The notes: generated from the letters alone by a model not told the origin. A stretch of DNA of 62,910 nucleotides, filler included, from Bonamia ostreae (GCA_040357525.1; 38 parts of 38 records of this genome joined end to end with filler, not necessarily neighbours in it), one strand, 5' to 3'. Counted from the first letter of the whole stretch, positions 12,052-26,096 are shown. A program made the numbers and translations.

Positions 12052-12391
12052 TTAATTAAAGAATATTTCATCGACAATTTTATCAGTCCAAAAAATCTTC
12101 GAAGATTTATCTGATCTTTTTCTCAAAGTAGTCGTTCTATAAAGTCTCAAATCTTGGTCTAGATCGCCTTTTTGTAGCAGATCTCTAAAAAGTCTCAAAT
12201 CTCTTTGGAAAAAGGGATTTTTGAATACTGTCTCCAACTTTTTTGTCTCGTTGTCTACATTTGGTAACAAAGAAACCAAAATACTTTTTTCTGTTTCAGT
12301 AAAATTGGACAGACAAAAAGAATTTAGATTTGACAAATCGTATTTTAATAATTTGGAGTTTCGAGAACAAATGTTTCGAACTAATGTTGCT
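12052..12391 (-). CDS. Exon encoding a DEUBAD/ASXH-like domain (ASXL/NFRKB family) of a protist protein
   Basis: NSKLLKYDLSNLN...TETEKSILVSLLPNVD...FKNPFFQRDLRLFRDLLQKGDLD matches the DEUBAD pattern (S.L...DL, E...L..LLP.vD, N.fF...f...L..G.fD). Confidence 0.6.
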
Positions 12392-12407
12392 CTTTTTTGG
12401 AGTTAAT

Positions 12408-12722
12408 TTTTTTACGATTTTTAGTCTTTTTGTCGTTTTTTTGTGTTGAAATTTTGACCATTTTTTTTACGATTTTTAGTTTTTGCCGTTTTTTTGTGTT
12501 GAAATTTTGACCATTTTTTTGTGATTTTTAGTCTTTTTGTCGTTTTTTTTGTGTAGAAATTTTGACCATTTTTTTTTACGATTTTTATTTTTTGTCGTTT
12601 TTTTGTGTAGAAATTTTGACCATTTTTTACGATTTTTAGTTTTTGCCGTTTTTTTTGTGTTGAAATTTTGACCATTTTTTACGATTTTTAGTTTTTTTGT
12701 TGAAATTGACCAATTTTTGTCG
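12408..12722. repeat. Intronic minisatellite, about 55-nt unit
   Basis: Repeated ttacgatttttagtttttgccgttttttgtgttgaaattttgaccatttttt. ORF 12421..12675 is just its translation. Confidence 0.9.
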
Positions 12723-15700
12723 TTTAATTTTCAAATATCATTTTGCAAAAACCAAAGTTTAATTTTAAAAAACAATTTCATTTGAGGTCTTTTACTCTTT
12801 CTTAACATCCGTTTCTATTATTTACAAAACTTGTTAAAAAAACATTATAATCATTTGGCAAAAGATAACAAATATTTATTTTAAGTCCTTTCCGAACTTT
12901 TTTTAAATGAAAGTAATTTATCGTAAATTTTATCTTATCTTCAAATTTCGCGCTGAAAAATTTTTTATCGAAATTTTGATTATCGAAATTTAGTTTTTTC
13001 GTGGAAAATTTTTCATTCGCAAAATTTTTAATTTTGTTTTCTGAAAAGTAATGTTGATTTGTCGAGAGGAACATGTTGTATATCGATAGCCGCATTTTGT
13101 ACTTTCTTAAATTTTTTGATCGTAAAAAATCGAAAAATCAAAATTTTTTTAGACAAAAAAAAACTTCGTTTTATATTTCGAAAAAGTTTTAAAGCTTTGA
13201 TACGGTTGACATTTGTTACATTTGAAATGATAAAATCTATCTCCTNNNNNNNNNNNNNNNNNNNNNNNNNNNNNNNNNNNNNNNNNNNNTTAATTAATTA
13301 ANNNNNNNNNNNNNNNNNNNNNNNNNNNNNNNNNNNNNNNNNNNNGGACAAAATGAAGAGAGCAGATTTTGTGAAACACTTCTTAATCAATGAGAATGAT
13401 GATTACTAGGATGTTCTAGTCCCACGTGATAGAAGCAAGAGGACATTAGAATGGGAATTTATTTTTGTGTTATGGGTGTTCTTGGGCCCTTTTTTATCAA
13501 AGGAACTGTGAGAAATGTGTAGATTATTTTCTATTAAACAAGGCTGAAAATCTGCGTTGATTTAAGTTACATTCTTTATCATTTTACTTTGCTGTGGATG
13601 AAGGTCTTGCTGCATGTATCGAATATAAACTCTGGTTGAAGATCACCAGAGTTGCTCGGTGGATATTGGTGTGTATGTGCAAGGAACAGTACCCAATTAA
13701 ACTTTTTTGAGCTTTTTTGACAAATAGAACAAAGCCATATTATTTTAACCAGTCAGTTCAACACAATATATGTAATGCTAAAAATGATTGCAAATTTGTG
13801 TAACAACTTCCTACTGCACAATATGCTAAACTCACTGTACAGACAGAAAATATAATTTGTTCTGGAAAACATCGGTTTTGCCATTGTAATCCACTACTAT
13901 TAGAATTCGGTTGTTTCAAATATCATTCTGATCTCTCCAGAGAGTGACCGCCGGACAATAGACTCCAGATTTGTCAGACCAAAATATATGCATTGACCGA
14001 TTGTCTTAATTTCATTGGTTAATGCATGATATGTGATGTTTAACTACACTCCTACAGTACATACAATGTTTTTCAACATTCGATGTACTTTGACTATGTA
14101 CATAACTGGCGACTCCAACAGTAACAAGTTTATTGTCTCGCTTTAATAGAAAATGATAGTTAAGTACAACAAAGTTGCAATCTGGCTCTGTAGACAATCA
14201 ACTGTTTTGTTCCTTACTGCTAACTTAGCATCGCTATGCCTTGTGTAGCTATTCCAGTTCTCTCACCATTGAATATCAGTGGCAGATTTGAAGGAGGGGG
14301 TTTACAAGATCTGCAAACACCTCTTTTGTTTGAACAGTTTAACAGAAATTGTCATTTCGGGGTCTGTAAGTTACCTTTTTTGGATAAAAAGGACAAAGTA
14401 GGGTCATACCACCCTCTTTAAACATTTCCTGGATCCACTCCAAGGATATATACCGTGTTCCTTTGATATATTGCCAACTTTTATTCAAGGTCAATTTTGG
14501 CAATATAGAAAGAGTGGCAATATTACTGAGAATTTTGTGAGTAGTCAAAAGAAATTCATTTTAATGATTTACTTGGGCTACATTCTGTATAAAGGTTTGC
14601 TAGATAATCTTCCGTTTTATATAGCAATTACGTGTATTTGTAATTAACCTGACCAGTTGGATACTTTGTCTAGCCCGTCTCACATCACGACAACACTCTC
14701 GAAGTACAGGTGTGATTGCCGATGACAGACAGTTGTTGGAACAATTTTCAGATAGTAATTAGAAAATTCACAATTTATTTCCAGATGTTATGCTACTTTT
14801 AATGGTAATTATATATGGCCCCTTTTTGGTAGCATTAAGGGGTACAAAGTTTGCATACATAATCTAGGTGCTGTAATTACTAGAAATACTCTCTGCATTT
14901 GTTTCATGTNNNNNNNNNNNNNNNNNNNNNNNNNNNNNNNNNNNNNNNNNNNNTTAATTAATTAANNNNNNNNNNNNNNNNNNNNNNNNNNNNNNNNNNN
15001 NNNNNNNNNTTTACTCTGATGTCGAATAATAAAGTAATATCCATGTGAGCTCTTAATGATTATGAAATTGATGTTAATTTATCTTACATTGGACTTTTCC
15101 TGTACATGGCAAATCTTATCAATTAAATGAAGTGTATTATCTGTAAAACTATAATATAATGATAATAAAGATAATCAATATTCTTTGACGAGAACAGAGT
15201 GGTAAATGTTTTTTGCTTTCACTTCTAGTTTCTTTGTCGTTGTTTCGGTCATTTTTGGTTTTGATGTGTTCTTTCTCTGTATCAATTAAATACAGTTGCA
15301 TTTAACATGTGCATTGAATCCTACTTTATTTAAAAGGTGAAGATAGCGAACAGAGAGGTAATTGTCCTAACATATTCAATGTACTCTGTTTATGTATATT
15401 GAAATAGAATGCCTAATTTCCATCACTAATGAATGACTATCTTTCGAAACATTTGATATGGGGATCAAGGGGTATTTCCACAACAAACTGAATAGTCTCC
15501 ATCATTCGCAACTATATAATCAAAACAATTTCTAATATCCTTTGATAACAAATACTTGATTTTATCTGGATTTGAGGTATGCAATGAAAACACTATCACT
15601 GGGTATGGTAAAAGTAATGCCTCCGTGTGTGAAATATTGTAACAATTGACTAGGACTTAAAACTGGTGACATTAATACTTTTGAGAGCAAGAAATTTATT

Positions 15701-18700
15701 TCATACCATGAAGCAACATACGTCGATTATTTTTTAGCATATGTATGGGTATACCACTTTTGGACATTCTATATATTCAGTTCTGTGAAACGCATGCTAC
15801 ATTTTTGAAGAAAATGAATATAAGTTGCTCTTAAGAGACATCTTCAATTCCCACAGACATAGAAGACGCCTCTGATCTGAATTCATTTAGACATTATACA
15901 TGCAAGCAATGAGCCCTTTACAAGAGTGATATGGTATACCTTTCTCACATTCATTCTCCGTCTCTTTTCCCTCGTCCTTGGTGATTCCCGTTACTGGTTT
16001 GTCTGCATTAAAAACAAAACTATATTTAAAGATATGCTCCAAGATTTGGATTATTCACATGTGGCAGGATTTTGGGAAGAATGTTCGATGGAATTCCTAT
16101 TCGTATGTTGAGACGGAATGTTTGTAGTAGATGCAATTATACAAAGCTTAATTTCAGACTCAATTTAGAGAAAAATCATAGATAATATTTCATAGAAACT
16201 GCTAGGAATATGTATTATTATATAGGAAGACGCTCTAGGAAGCATGTTGTACTATAATGCTTTTATGTAACTTTACTGACTGCATTTGGTGGAGAAAATA
16301 TTGCAGAAAACAACTGCCACCCTTTAAGTGATAAAATGACCCCTTCCTGTGATATAGAATGTAGCAACGTTTAACTTTCTTCACCAGGGGTTTTATAGGA
16401 AATAAGTTATCTGCGAAGAATTTATACCCTAACAGTGCAACATTAAAAACAGATAGCCCTTTATTCCAAGAATATCAAATGAAATCGTTTTAACATTCCG
16501 CATAGTATATCAATATTCAGCGAATCTTCCCTTATGCTTTTATTGAAATTGACATTGTTTTCATCTCCCAAAANNNNNNNNNNNNNNNNNNNNNNNNNNN
16601 NNNNNNNNNNNNNNNNNTTAATTAATTAANNNNNNNNNNNNNNNNNNNNNNNNNNNNNNNNNNNNNNNNNNNNCGGATTGATATAGTCACCTATAGTGAT
16701 GAGTAAGTTATTACTTTTTATCAATTTCAGTTTATTATATTTTTTTTTATTCTCTCTTTCTTACACACTATTAAAATATGTTCCTCTCTTTTTTCCCCTA
16801 GTTCACCGACAGAGATCTATCGTTTGCTGAACAGTAGGCACGTATTTAATTTTTTTTTCTATTTCGTAGTCATGCAATTTTTCAATATCATATACATTAC
16901 ATCTTAATTTTAGTTATCTTGGAAAGCTTTTAGTTATCTTGGAAAGTTTACATGTATTACTAATATTATACTATTGTGATAACATTATACGCTCAATACC
17001 CTATTGATAATTATCTTTCAGTGAAAAAACACATTTGTAAGGTAATATTTATATAACATAATTTTAGATGTAAAAATATAATTAAATGAGGAATGAAAAT
17101 ATATTTCTAATTTAAGACGTTTTCTGTCAGTTGTAATATTTATTTTATCGGTTACATGTATTTATTCATCTTTATTAGCGAAAGTGATACTTCATTCACT
17201 CTACCGTAAGTAAAACAAATAATTATGAAAATAAAATAAATAATGATAATTTTACAAAAAATCGAATTCTTTTGATTCATAGTATTTTATTCTTATGTTA
17301 AATTTCTCTGATTTCAGATCCAGGGAGCCACCCAGGGACTCCAAATAATTACATCACCTGAGGAGATTGAACCATTGTATTTTTTAATGTTTTTGTAAAT
17401 TGAATAAATGATGAAAACACAGATGAAAATGTTGATTATTTTTCTCTGATTTGATTGTCTTTACGTGAAAGGATGATGGTGTGAGGGGAAAAAAGGGAGA
17501 TTAATTCTCATTTTGCTGACATAATCACATTATTTACTTGCAATACTGGATACATGCTTTTACAAGGATTGAATTAACATGCTAGGGGAGAGAAAAAAGT
17601 GAAAGGATGACTTCAGTCTATGAAACAGTTTCAATTAAATTGTCAGACTTGAGAGAGGAAAAAGTTTCAGATAAAAATGGCAAAACTTTCACCGCATCAA
17701 CATGTGAAAGACTTGAATGTTTTAATATCAATGAACAGTGTTCCGATTGAATTTATTCCAAAGTCCGGTTTTTCCATGACGTCCTTGGATTTTTTCAAAT
17801 TTTCTTTTCTCCAAAAATATTACTTCAATTAAATTTGGATGTGGTTTTCCAATGACGTCTTTGTATTTCCCAGACTCTCTTTTGTTCACCGCGAACAATA
17901 CTCTTATGGAATTTTTCCAAAGACTGTGACAGGTGTTTCCATCGATACCCTCCAATAATGCAGACTCGGATGCATACCAATACGTTGTTTTTTACACATG
18001 ATTAACTTACACCAATCGTAATTTGGGAAAACCTCTTTTTTTTAAACTAAAAAAATCATTGCATGACGAGTCTCTGTTATTCTGAGATCAACTCTCCAGC
18101 AGCACTAACGTACAAATTACTTGAGAGAATAAAAAATGTTTCAATGTGGATATTGCCACTTAGTGTTTGGATATTTCCAGACGATGTATCAACAGGAATA
18201 AAGTCACGAACAGGAGTATCGTATATCGTACTCAGATNNNNNNNNNNNNNNNNNNNNNNNNNNNNNNNNNNNNNNNNNNNNTTAATTAATTAANNNNNNN
18301 NNNNNNNNNNNNNNNNNNNNNNNNNNNNNNNNNNNNNTATTTTACACTGCAAATTATCTATGAAAAGTAAACGTTCAACAATGTGAAACAATATTCTCTT
18401 AAAGGACCTCTGCTGGATTTTTTCGTTAACTAGCGATTCTTATCAAATCTCAAAATATATCGAGTGTCTGCGTCTGATACTCATTATATTGGTAATGAGA
18501 GATGCAATCGCTAAGTGAATTGAATATCCCTATGATGATTTCAATGTTTACTACATTTTGTGACGGAAGATTCTTTAATCAAGAATACATTTGAATGATT
18601 TTACTATATGTTGCTCGAACATATCGTTGATAACTAATTATATCCCTAGGCGGGTATTTCAGGTTTTGTAATATGTGATACACTTAGTAGATACTTTGAA

Positions 18701-20038
18701 ATAATTCAAATATTGTAAATTCATTAATTTGATTGTTATGCTTTTGTAAACGGAACGTCAATTCTTATAAACATCAACATTGATTTAGTCGTATTTTTGC
18801 ATGGCAACCATTTTGCCAATAATTCAGAAAATCTGATCCATAAGTCCTACTTTCTAAGTTCCGTATTCAATTTTAGGACAATAATTTATGATTTTAGTGT
18901 TTTTAAAAAAAGAAGACAATATCCCCACTATTATCTGTTGAACTCTCAAAAGTTTTCGTATATTAACTACAAAAAAGTCAACATCTATTTCAAATTTATT
19001 GAGCTTTATTTGTTCACATCTTTATTTTTAGAAGGCATGAGTGCGTATTTATTTGATATAATGAGCAATTTATGTGGATTATGTTGTGCTGACACCAACA
19101 GGCAAATTAATTGATTTGATGTGAATACATCTTTAGTAAATATTAAGAGCTAAAAGGTCAGGATTAGCACATTGAAGTTTAATAGCATGCACTATGACCT
19201 TTGTTTTTAAATTTCATAATTATCCTTTAATGTAGAAGTCAATCATATACCTCCGCAAAATTGACATTACTACATAACTCAGGAGCGAACATCCTAATTT
19301 AAAAAAACTCGGAGGTGATGTTTCTCTTGCATGTGAAATGGTGAAATTTTATTTAGTATACGTACATGTACCTATCTCGATACCTATTTACACCTTTTGC
19401 AAACCATTCTTAGTTTTAAGGGCATACAATAATTTGACAAAACAGCGGTACAATTTTGTCCTTAAATGAGGTTGACAGAGATCGTATGCTTTCTAAAATG
19501 TTAGAAGAAATAAAATATCATTTCAGAGCATAGAGGAAAAACAGCACACTACTAATACTGTCTCTAAATTACCACAACTCTAATGTTATTTTATCAAAAA
19601 ACAGTGTTGTTATCAGGTCATGAGAAAATAATTGTTAGATTCTTATGTACCACAACATTAGAACTACCACACTGATAACTTTCATTTACATTTAAAATTC
19701 ATTTACATTTCATTTAAATGTTGGGAGGGGAAATAATTCAACTTTCTCTTTAAACCATCAAATGCATATCGAAACACTGTTTGCAGAATTTTGTATTTCA
19801 TGATGGTTTTAAAGATTGCACTTTTATTATAGATACACTGAGAATTTCATGATTATACGAAATATTTGGGGATTTAGAGATTTAATTCTTGACTGTGTGT
19901 NNNNNNNNNNNNNNNNNNNNNNNNNNNNNNNNNNNNNNNNNNNNTTAATTAATTAANNNNNNNNNNNNNNNNNNNNNNNNNNNNNNNNNNNNNNNNNNNN
20001 TATTCGTTTTTAAGTAGATTAACCAAAATTTGTTAAAC

Positions 20039-21085
20039 ATGGAAAACTTGCAGAACAATAGTCTAAAAAGACCTTCTCTTCCATCCAATAAAATTGAAAC
20101 CTCTCAATCCAAAAAGAACAAATCTGTTCCCGACATTAATAGTATAAAAATTCAAAAAAGCAACCAAGAAATTTCACCACAAAATTCCGTCGAAAACATT
20201 CTATCTTCAATAAAAAAAATAAATTCCGACAGTTCTAATATTGTCACTCTCAACGTCAGCGGGAAAATTTTTCATGTTCACTCCCAAACCTTAGAGAAAC
20301 ATCCCGATTCCACCCTCGGAATTTTAGCTGTCAGTGGCTATTTTGAAGTTTAAAAAATGATTTTTTCTGTGTCGCAAAAATTTGGATATTTTGCGATTTT
20401 CCACTAAATTGCAAAAATTTTTCAAATTCATTTTTCAATTAGAAAAACAAAAAACCTTTATTTCTCGACCGAGACAACACTTTATTTCCTTTGATTCTAT
20501 CATTTTACCGCAACGGAAACATTCGTCTCCCCAAAAATGTTTCGAAAAAAGCACTTTTCGACGAAATAAGTTATTTCAAATTGCCGATAAAGTTCTCGGA
20601 AATCCTCGAAGAAGAAGAAATTTGGACCAAAATCGCAAAAACGATAAAGAAGAACGTCAAAAACGAAGTTTTGCGGAGCATTCTCGTTTCGCTTGCATTT
20701 GAAAAAGATGAGCGAATTCGATTTTTTTACAACATTGAAGAGAAATCGAAGGGGAAAACGGCCTGTTTGGACGCGGCGAGAGTCGAATGCCCTTATTGCA
20801 AACAAATTGTCTATTTTCATACTTCAGATTGGTTTTGTCTAATGCGCAGTCATCCGGGCACTTGGTTGAGAAGTGAGCAAGTTTGGCTCAATTTTGTTAA
20901 TACTTTTTTTTGTAAAATTTTAACATTCTTTCCACATTTTTCAACAAAATTGGCAATTTTCAATTTTGACTTAATAAAATCAAAATTGATAGCAATGGAG
21001 TTGTTGTTCATCAAGAAACATTTTGCTGGACGGTTGCACAAGACAAAAACATTACAACTGCCTCGGTTTCAACGGCGAATTTTAA
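20039..21085 (+). CDS. Protist BTB/POZ (KCTD-type) protein with a C-terminal Btk-like zinc motif
   Basis: IVTLNVSGKIF..TLEKHPDSTL, then intron 20348-20442, then LFLDRD..F..ILSFYRNG. After intron 20881-20992 the frame reads HPGTWLRSEQQWSCCSSRNILLDGCTRQKH, with stop TAA at 21083-21085. Confidence 0.75.
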
Positions 21086-22287
21086 TAAATGAACAATTGA
21101 AAAAAAACTTTAAAACTTGTAATTTACAACATTTCGGTTTAATAATGGCGGCAAAATTATCTATTCTTTCCTTTCTCATCTTTAAAATAACGGCGAACCT
21201 TTTAATGACAACCGAAAATTCGTTAAATCGGTTATTAACTGGCGATTTTGAAAATTGCCAAATAAATACTTTTATGTGCATTTCCTCTTTAAGTTTAAGA
21301 CGGAATGAGACGTTAAATCTTCAATATAAAAATCGGAAAAAAGCTTTTGAAAACAATATAAAAAACGAGTACGAAATAAGGAATTTGCAAACTGTAGAGA
21401 ATGTGGAAAATTGTGTTGAAGAAGCTATAACATTAAAAGAAAATAATTTTTTAGAGAATTTTAGGAATGTTATTTACCTTGAAAACAAAGAGGTCGATTC
21501 TGAAATTGTGGAAAAGGCTGTTAATGCTAAATTTTTGCCTTTGGTTGTTTCTAAAAATGATGNNNNNNNNNNNNNNNNNNNNNNNNNNNNNNNNNNNNNN
21601 NNNNNNTTAATTAATTAANNNNNNNNNNNNNNNNNNNNNNNNNNNNNNNNNNNNNNNNNNNNCAAATCTGTAACAAATTTAAAAAAATGGACGATTGAAC
21701 AATTTAAAAAGATTGTTATATTTTTGAGAACAGCCATTTTGTTTAAATGTTTCGCTTACAAAAATCAGAACACTTATAACCGAAGTCCGTCAATGGTTTT
21801 TACAAATTTTCAAAATTTTACTATAATAGATCGCATTCTGTGTGTGTTTGACGTCCTCTTTTTTCGTAATAACAAAATTAATTTTTCTCGAAAACACGAA
21901 AAACCGCCATTTGTTGCTTTTTGCGCTCATTTTTAATTGGATTTGTCTAATTTTTTATTTTATTTTCAGACGCAAAGACACAATACAGTTTTTTTTCCAA
22001 ACCGACATAAAGATTCAAGAGACTTTACGAAGCAAGCGATTCTTTGGAATTGGCTGAATTTTCAGAAAGTGTTAATTCGATTCCTTTGTTGTCCAAAAAC
22101 GATTTGAATGAATTGCTGAATAAACCCAAAAACAAAATTAGCCACGAAAAAGACAGATTTTTAGTGGCCCAAAAAACAAATTTTGAACAATTTTTAAAAA
22201 TTAATGGCCGAATTTTTTGCTATAAATTGATAAAATCAAGATTTGTGAATAAAAAATTAACCAATTTAGTTTTCATCTGCGGTTTTC

Positions 22288-22740
22288 TTGATTTTCATAA
22301 TAATTGGTTTTTCAACTTTTCGAAAAAATTTAAATTCCAAAAAGCTTAATATTCTCCAAAATTACAAAAGGGACCACATTGCAAAAAAACTCTCATTTAA
22401 TAACAAAACCAAAAAAATAGTCATTTTAAACTTGGTCGCTGAGACAAAACATGGTCAAAACAAAAATTTGATCAACGACCAAAAATTGGGTAAAAACTAT
22501 TTCCAATTATCGAACAAAATTATTAACAAATTGTTCGACGTTTTGAATATCAAAACAGCGATTATTGTGTCGCGATCGATTTTTGCAAAAAACGCTTTAA
22601 GTTTTGCTTTGTCGAATCGAGAGAGAGTTAAAGGACTTTTAATGCTTTCGCCTTGTGATAGGTTGCCGTCTTTTTTGGTTTCGGCGATCAAATCTAAAAT
22701 CGGTAAAATAAAAATTTTATTGATTTTAAGCGATTTTTAA
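22288..22740 (+). CDS. Part of a protist alpha/beta-hydrolase-fold-like protein
   Basis: LFDVLNIKTAIIVSRSIFAKNALSFALSNRERVKGLLMLSP resembles the nucleophile-elbow region, but GxSxG is degenerate. Gene boundaries are unresolved. Confidence 0.35.
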   Translation: MIFIIIGFSTFRKNLNSKKLNILQNYKRDHIAKKLSFNNKTKKIVILNLVAETKHGQNKNLINDQKLGKNYFQLSNKIINKLFDVLNIKTAIIVSRSIFAKNALSFALSNRERVKGLLMLSPCDRLPSFLVSAIKSKIGKIKILLILSDF

Positions 22741-23478
22741 TTACCAAAAAAGGCGAAAAGGAAACAAAAAAACTTGTAAAATCAGAAATAATAAACTTTC
22801 AAAACACAAATCCTCTTTTCACAGACGTCAAAACCTCATCTTTAAAGAACATTTTTGAGCAAAACAAAATTGATAGCTGGTTCGAAAAGTTGAAAGAGAT
22901 TGTTTTCGAAAATGATAAATATGAACACTTTTTTGAAAATGAGAAAGTGAAAAATTTGACCAAATCTGTAAAGAGTGTTGTTATTTGGGAAAGGAGAAGT
23001 GATATTATAAAGTTTAAATTGAAAGAGGTCAAAACGGTTTTGCTGGAAAACGATATTTCTGGAGATTTGAGGAAAAGTGTTGTTTTGGAAAATTTTGAAT
23101 TCTTATTAAATTTGTAATTTTTTCTATTTTGCCAAATTTTCGATATTTTTATAAAAGTGATTTTTTTAATTTGTAAAATTGTGAAAGACAACAAAACTGC
23201 AATTTGTGTTTTTATAAAATATNNNNNNNNNNNNNNNNNNNNNNNNNNNNNNNNNNNNNNNNNNNNTTAATTAATTAANNNNNNNNNNNNNNNNNNNNNN
23301 NNNNNNNNNNNNNNNNNNNNNNATTTTGGCATTTGCCCTGAAACAGTAAATTGGTTTCTTTATAGTTAGTCAGTTTAAATCATTAAAACAAAGATTGCGC
23401 AAATACTATAAAACTAATATTATAACCATTATCATCAAAAAAAAACTATTATCATCATCTCAATCAGCCATTTTTTAA

Positions 23479-24882
23479 ATGCCAAGTTTTGTCATATTTT
23501 TGCTCGCAACAACACAATTAAATCAATCTCAGAGAACATGTCCGCGTCCAACCATCAAATTCCCCGCATACTACACGAACTATTGCGGCGGATTGTTTCC
23601 AGGTCAAACTTGCGGGGTAGGCTGCGTTACAGGATATTCTCTCGTAGGAGCATCTAAGCTAAGATGCAACGAGAACTATTTATTCGATATATTCCATGGA
23701 TGCAACATTTCACCAGTTATTGCGGAGGGGTGTTTGACGCCGCTCATTCAGTTTGGCTGGTGGAATGGTGGCTGCACTAATAAAATGATTAACCAAACCT
23801 GCGAATTGAATTGCTACGACGGACACATTACAACAGCAAAAAACGATGTCGCCATAACAAAGTACACCATTCTGTGCCAAAACGACTTAACATTCAATAA
23901 ATCAATCAATTGCATTCGGCACACAGGTTTTTTTAGCCATTTTAGTTTGTTCGAAGACACCGATTGATCACGGGTCTTGGGGAAAAGATTGTCTGACACA
24001 TTTGGGCGCGAGATGCAGCATATTTTGCGCAAGAATGTTCAAGCCAAACGTCAACTCGGTTACCTGTCTCATTGTAAATTCAACGGAAATAAAATATGAT
24101 CCCGTTCCTGTGTGTTCAAAGTTACAGTGCGATGGTCTGACAAACGCTAGGATGGGCGTGGAACCGAAACAATGTGCCTCAAAAACGGATGTTGGTACCG
24201 ATTGCAATTGGGGTTGTGCGTTTGGATACGTTCCGGTGCAAAGTACACAGTTCCATCACTAATTTAAGATTATCTTGCAATTTCGTGGATGGAAAAAGTA
24301 AAGGAGAATGGGGGTTTGTGCCGGAATGCAGACGATTGGATCCGCAGCCAAGTTTTTAAGTAAACGTTTAGCGTGCAATATCAAGAACGAGTCGAATATA
24401 GCGACTGATAACTGTAAAAATGTATCAAGAAATCAAAACTGTATAGTCACCTGTGAAGACGGAGAGTTGTTTTCGACGACTTGTCTGGCTGTCAAGAGCG
24501 ACGAAACTGAATTTAGACCAGCTATAAAATGCAGTTCATCAACTGTTGTATCATCTCCAAAAAAGAAAAATATTATTCCGATCGTATTGGGATCTTGTGC
24601 AGTGGGACTAGTTTTGATCGTCGGAATTGGAGCAGGGATATTTTGTTTCTGTAGAAAGCGCAAGAACAGAAAAAGAAGAATAAATCTTCGCGATTTAATA
24701 CAACCTGCTCAAGCAAATTCCTCAAAGAACTGTCACAGATCTAATAAACACGACGTTAGCGATAAAAAACATGATTTAAATGGAAATCGCGAAATTTACA
24801 GAAATAAAATATATCAAAATGAAGAGATTATAAAAGACATTACTAACAATAAAAATAGAAAATTTTATAAATATAAAGAGAA
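23479..24882 (+). CDS. Protist type I membrane protein with five 6-Cys sushi/CCP-like modules (3' partial)
   Basis: Hydrophobic N-terminus, five cysteine-patterned repeats, TM IIPIVLGSCAVGLVLIVGIGAGIFCFC and a basic stop-transfer RKRKNRKRR. Four ORF fragments fuse after removing introns 23927-23945 (19 nt), 24250-24268 (19) and 24352-24371 (20). Confidence 0.8.
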
Positions 24883-24982
24883 NNNNNNNNNNNNNNNNNN
24901 NNNNNNNNNNNNNNNNNNNNNNNNNNTTAATTAATTAANNNNNNNNNNNNNNNNNNNNNNNNNNNNNNNNNNNNNNNNNNNN

Positions 24983-25575
24983 CTATAATTTTTTAAGCTT
25001 GAATTTTGATAAACAAAAGAAGTTATTGATAAACAAAAATCCGATTGAGAATTCTATAAAATTCAGATTCCCGAAAAATCTGGACATAATAATGGGGCAA
25101 ACAGAAGAAGGTTCGAAAACAACGGAACTGGTTGAAAAAGTTTTGGAATGGCGAAAAAACCAAAGTTTATTTAATTTTAAAGAAAGAAAACGATCTTTTT
25201 TGGGGGAAAATTTTTGATTGTGTCAAAATTATTTTCCAAAATTTTCAAAAAAATCCAAATTTTGCAAACACAACAAATGAAATAAAGTCTGCGTTTTTGA
25301 AAATGCGGAGCTTATACAAGAAAATGGGGATCCTTAGCGGAGTCGAAATCGAACCGGATAGCCAAACAAAGCTTTTAGACGAGACTGATAAAATTGAGGG
25401 GGTGATTGGTTCTTGTGTGCCGGGCGCAGGAGGGTACGATGCCATCGTCGCCATTATATTAAATGACGTAAATACAAGAAAAAATGTAGAGAAACTTTGG
25501 ACTTCGAATAATATAAAAATTTTAAAAGTTGGGATAGAAAAGTCGGAAGGGATTTCCTTTGACGATATCTGTTAA
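24983..25575 (+). CDS. ERG8: ERG8-type (GHMP family) phosphomevalonate kinase, C-terminal part
   Basis: GSKTTELVEKVLEWRK, then a likely 22-nt intron, then MRSLYKKMG..SGVEIEPDSQTKLLD...GVIGSCVPGAGGYDAI, the C-terminal signature of fungal/plant-type PMK. Confidence 0.85.
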
Positions 25576-26096
25576 TAAACAAATTTTTATTTTTTTTAAT
25601 ATTATTGCTGATATCTCTTCATACACACCATTCCTTACGACCATATTTCAATAATTTCCAATCTCTTCAATGTATTCTTTTCGAATATTATCAATATTTT
25701 TTTATCAAAAATAAAAAAAACGCCAAATTTTATTTGTAGTAAATTGAAATAACAATTGAAAAAATAGAAGAAGGCAAAAACCCTTTTAATTCATAAAAAT
25801 ACTATTTTGTTATAGACTCCATTTTCCGCCTTTAATATCACTTTGAAGTCAAGCGATTTTCCGCCGATGAAAAAACAAAAAAAGAAAATTAGAATAATTA
25901 ACATAGAAAAATATAAAAGATCTTTAATGACATTATTTTAAGACATTTTAAACTGATTAAATAAATTTTGATGACATATTAATTTTCTGATTAAATAAAT
26001 TTTAAACTGACTAAACCGACGCTTTTAAGAGGTTTTGATAGACAGCAAATAAAAGTACCGATTTAAAAAAGATTAAGTAATTTTATCTAAACCAAA

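Noticed and set aside
12421-12675. Lys-rich repetitive ORFs (also 8949..9143, 10..300 and the tail of 56901..57338)
   Set aside because: They are translations of intronic minisatellites or antisense frames, not proteins.
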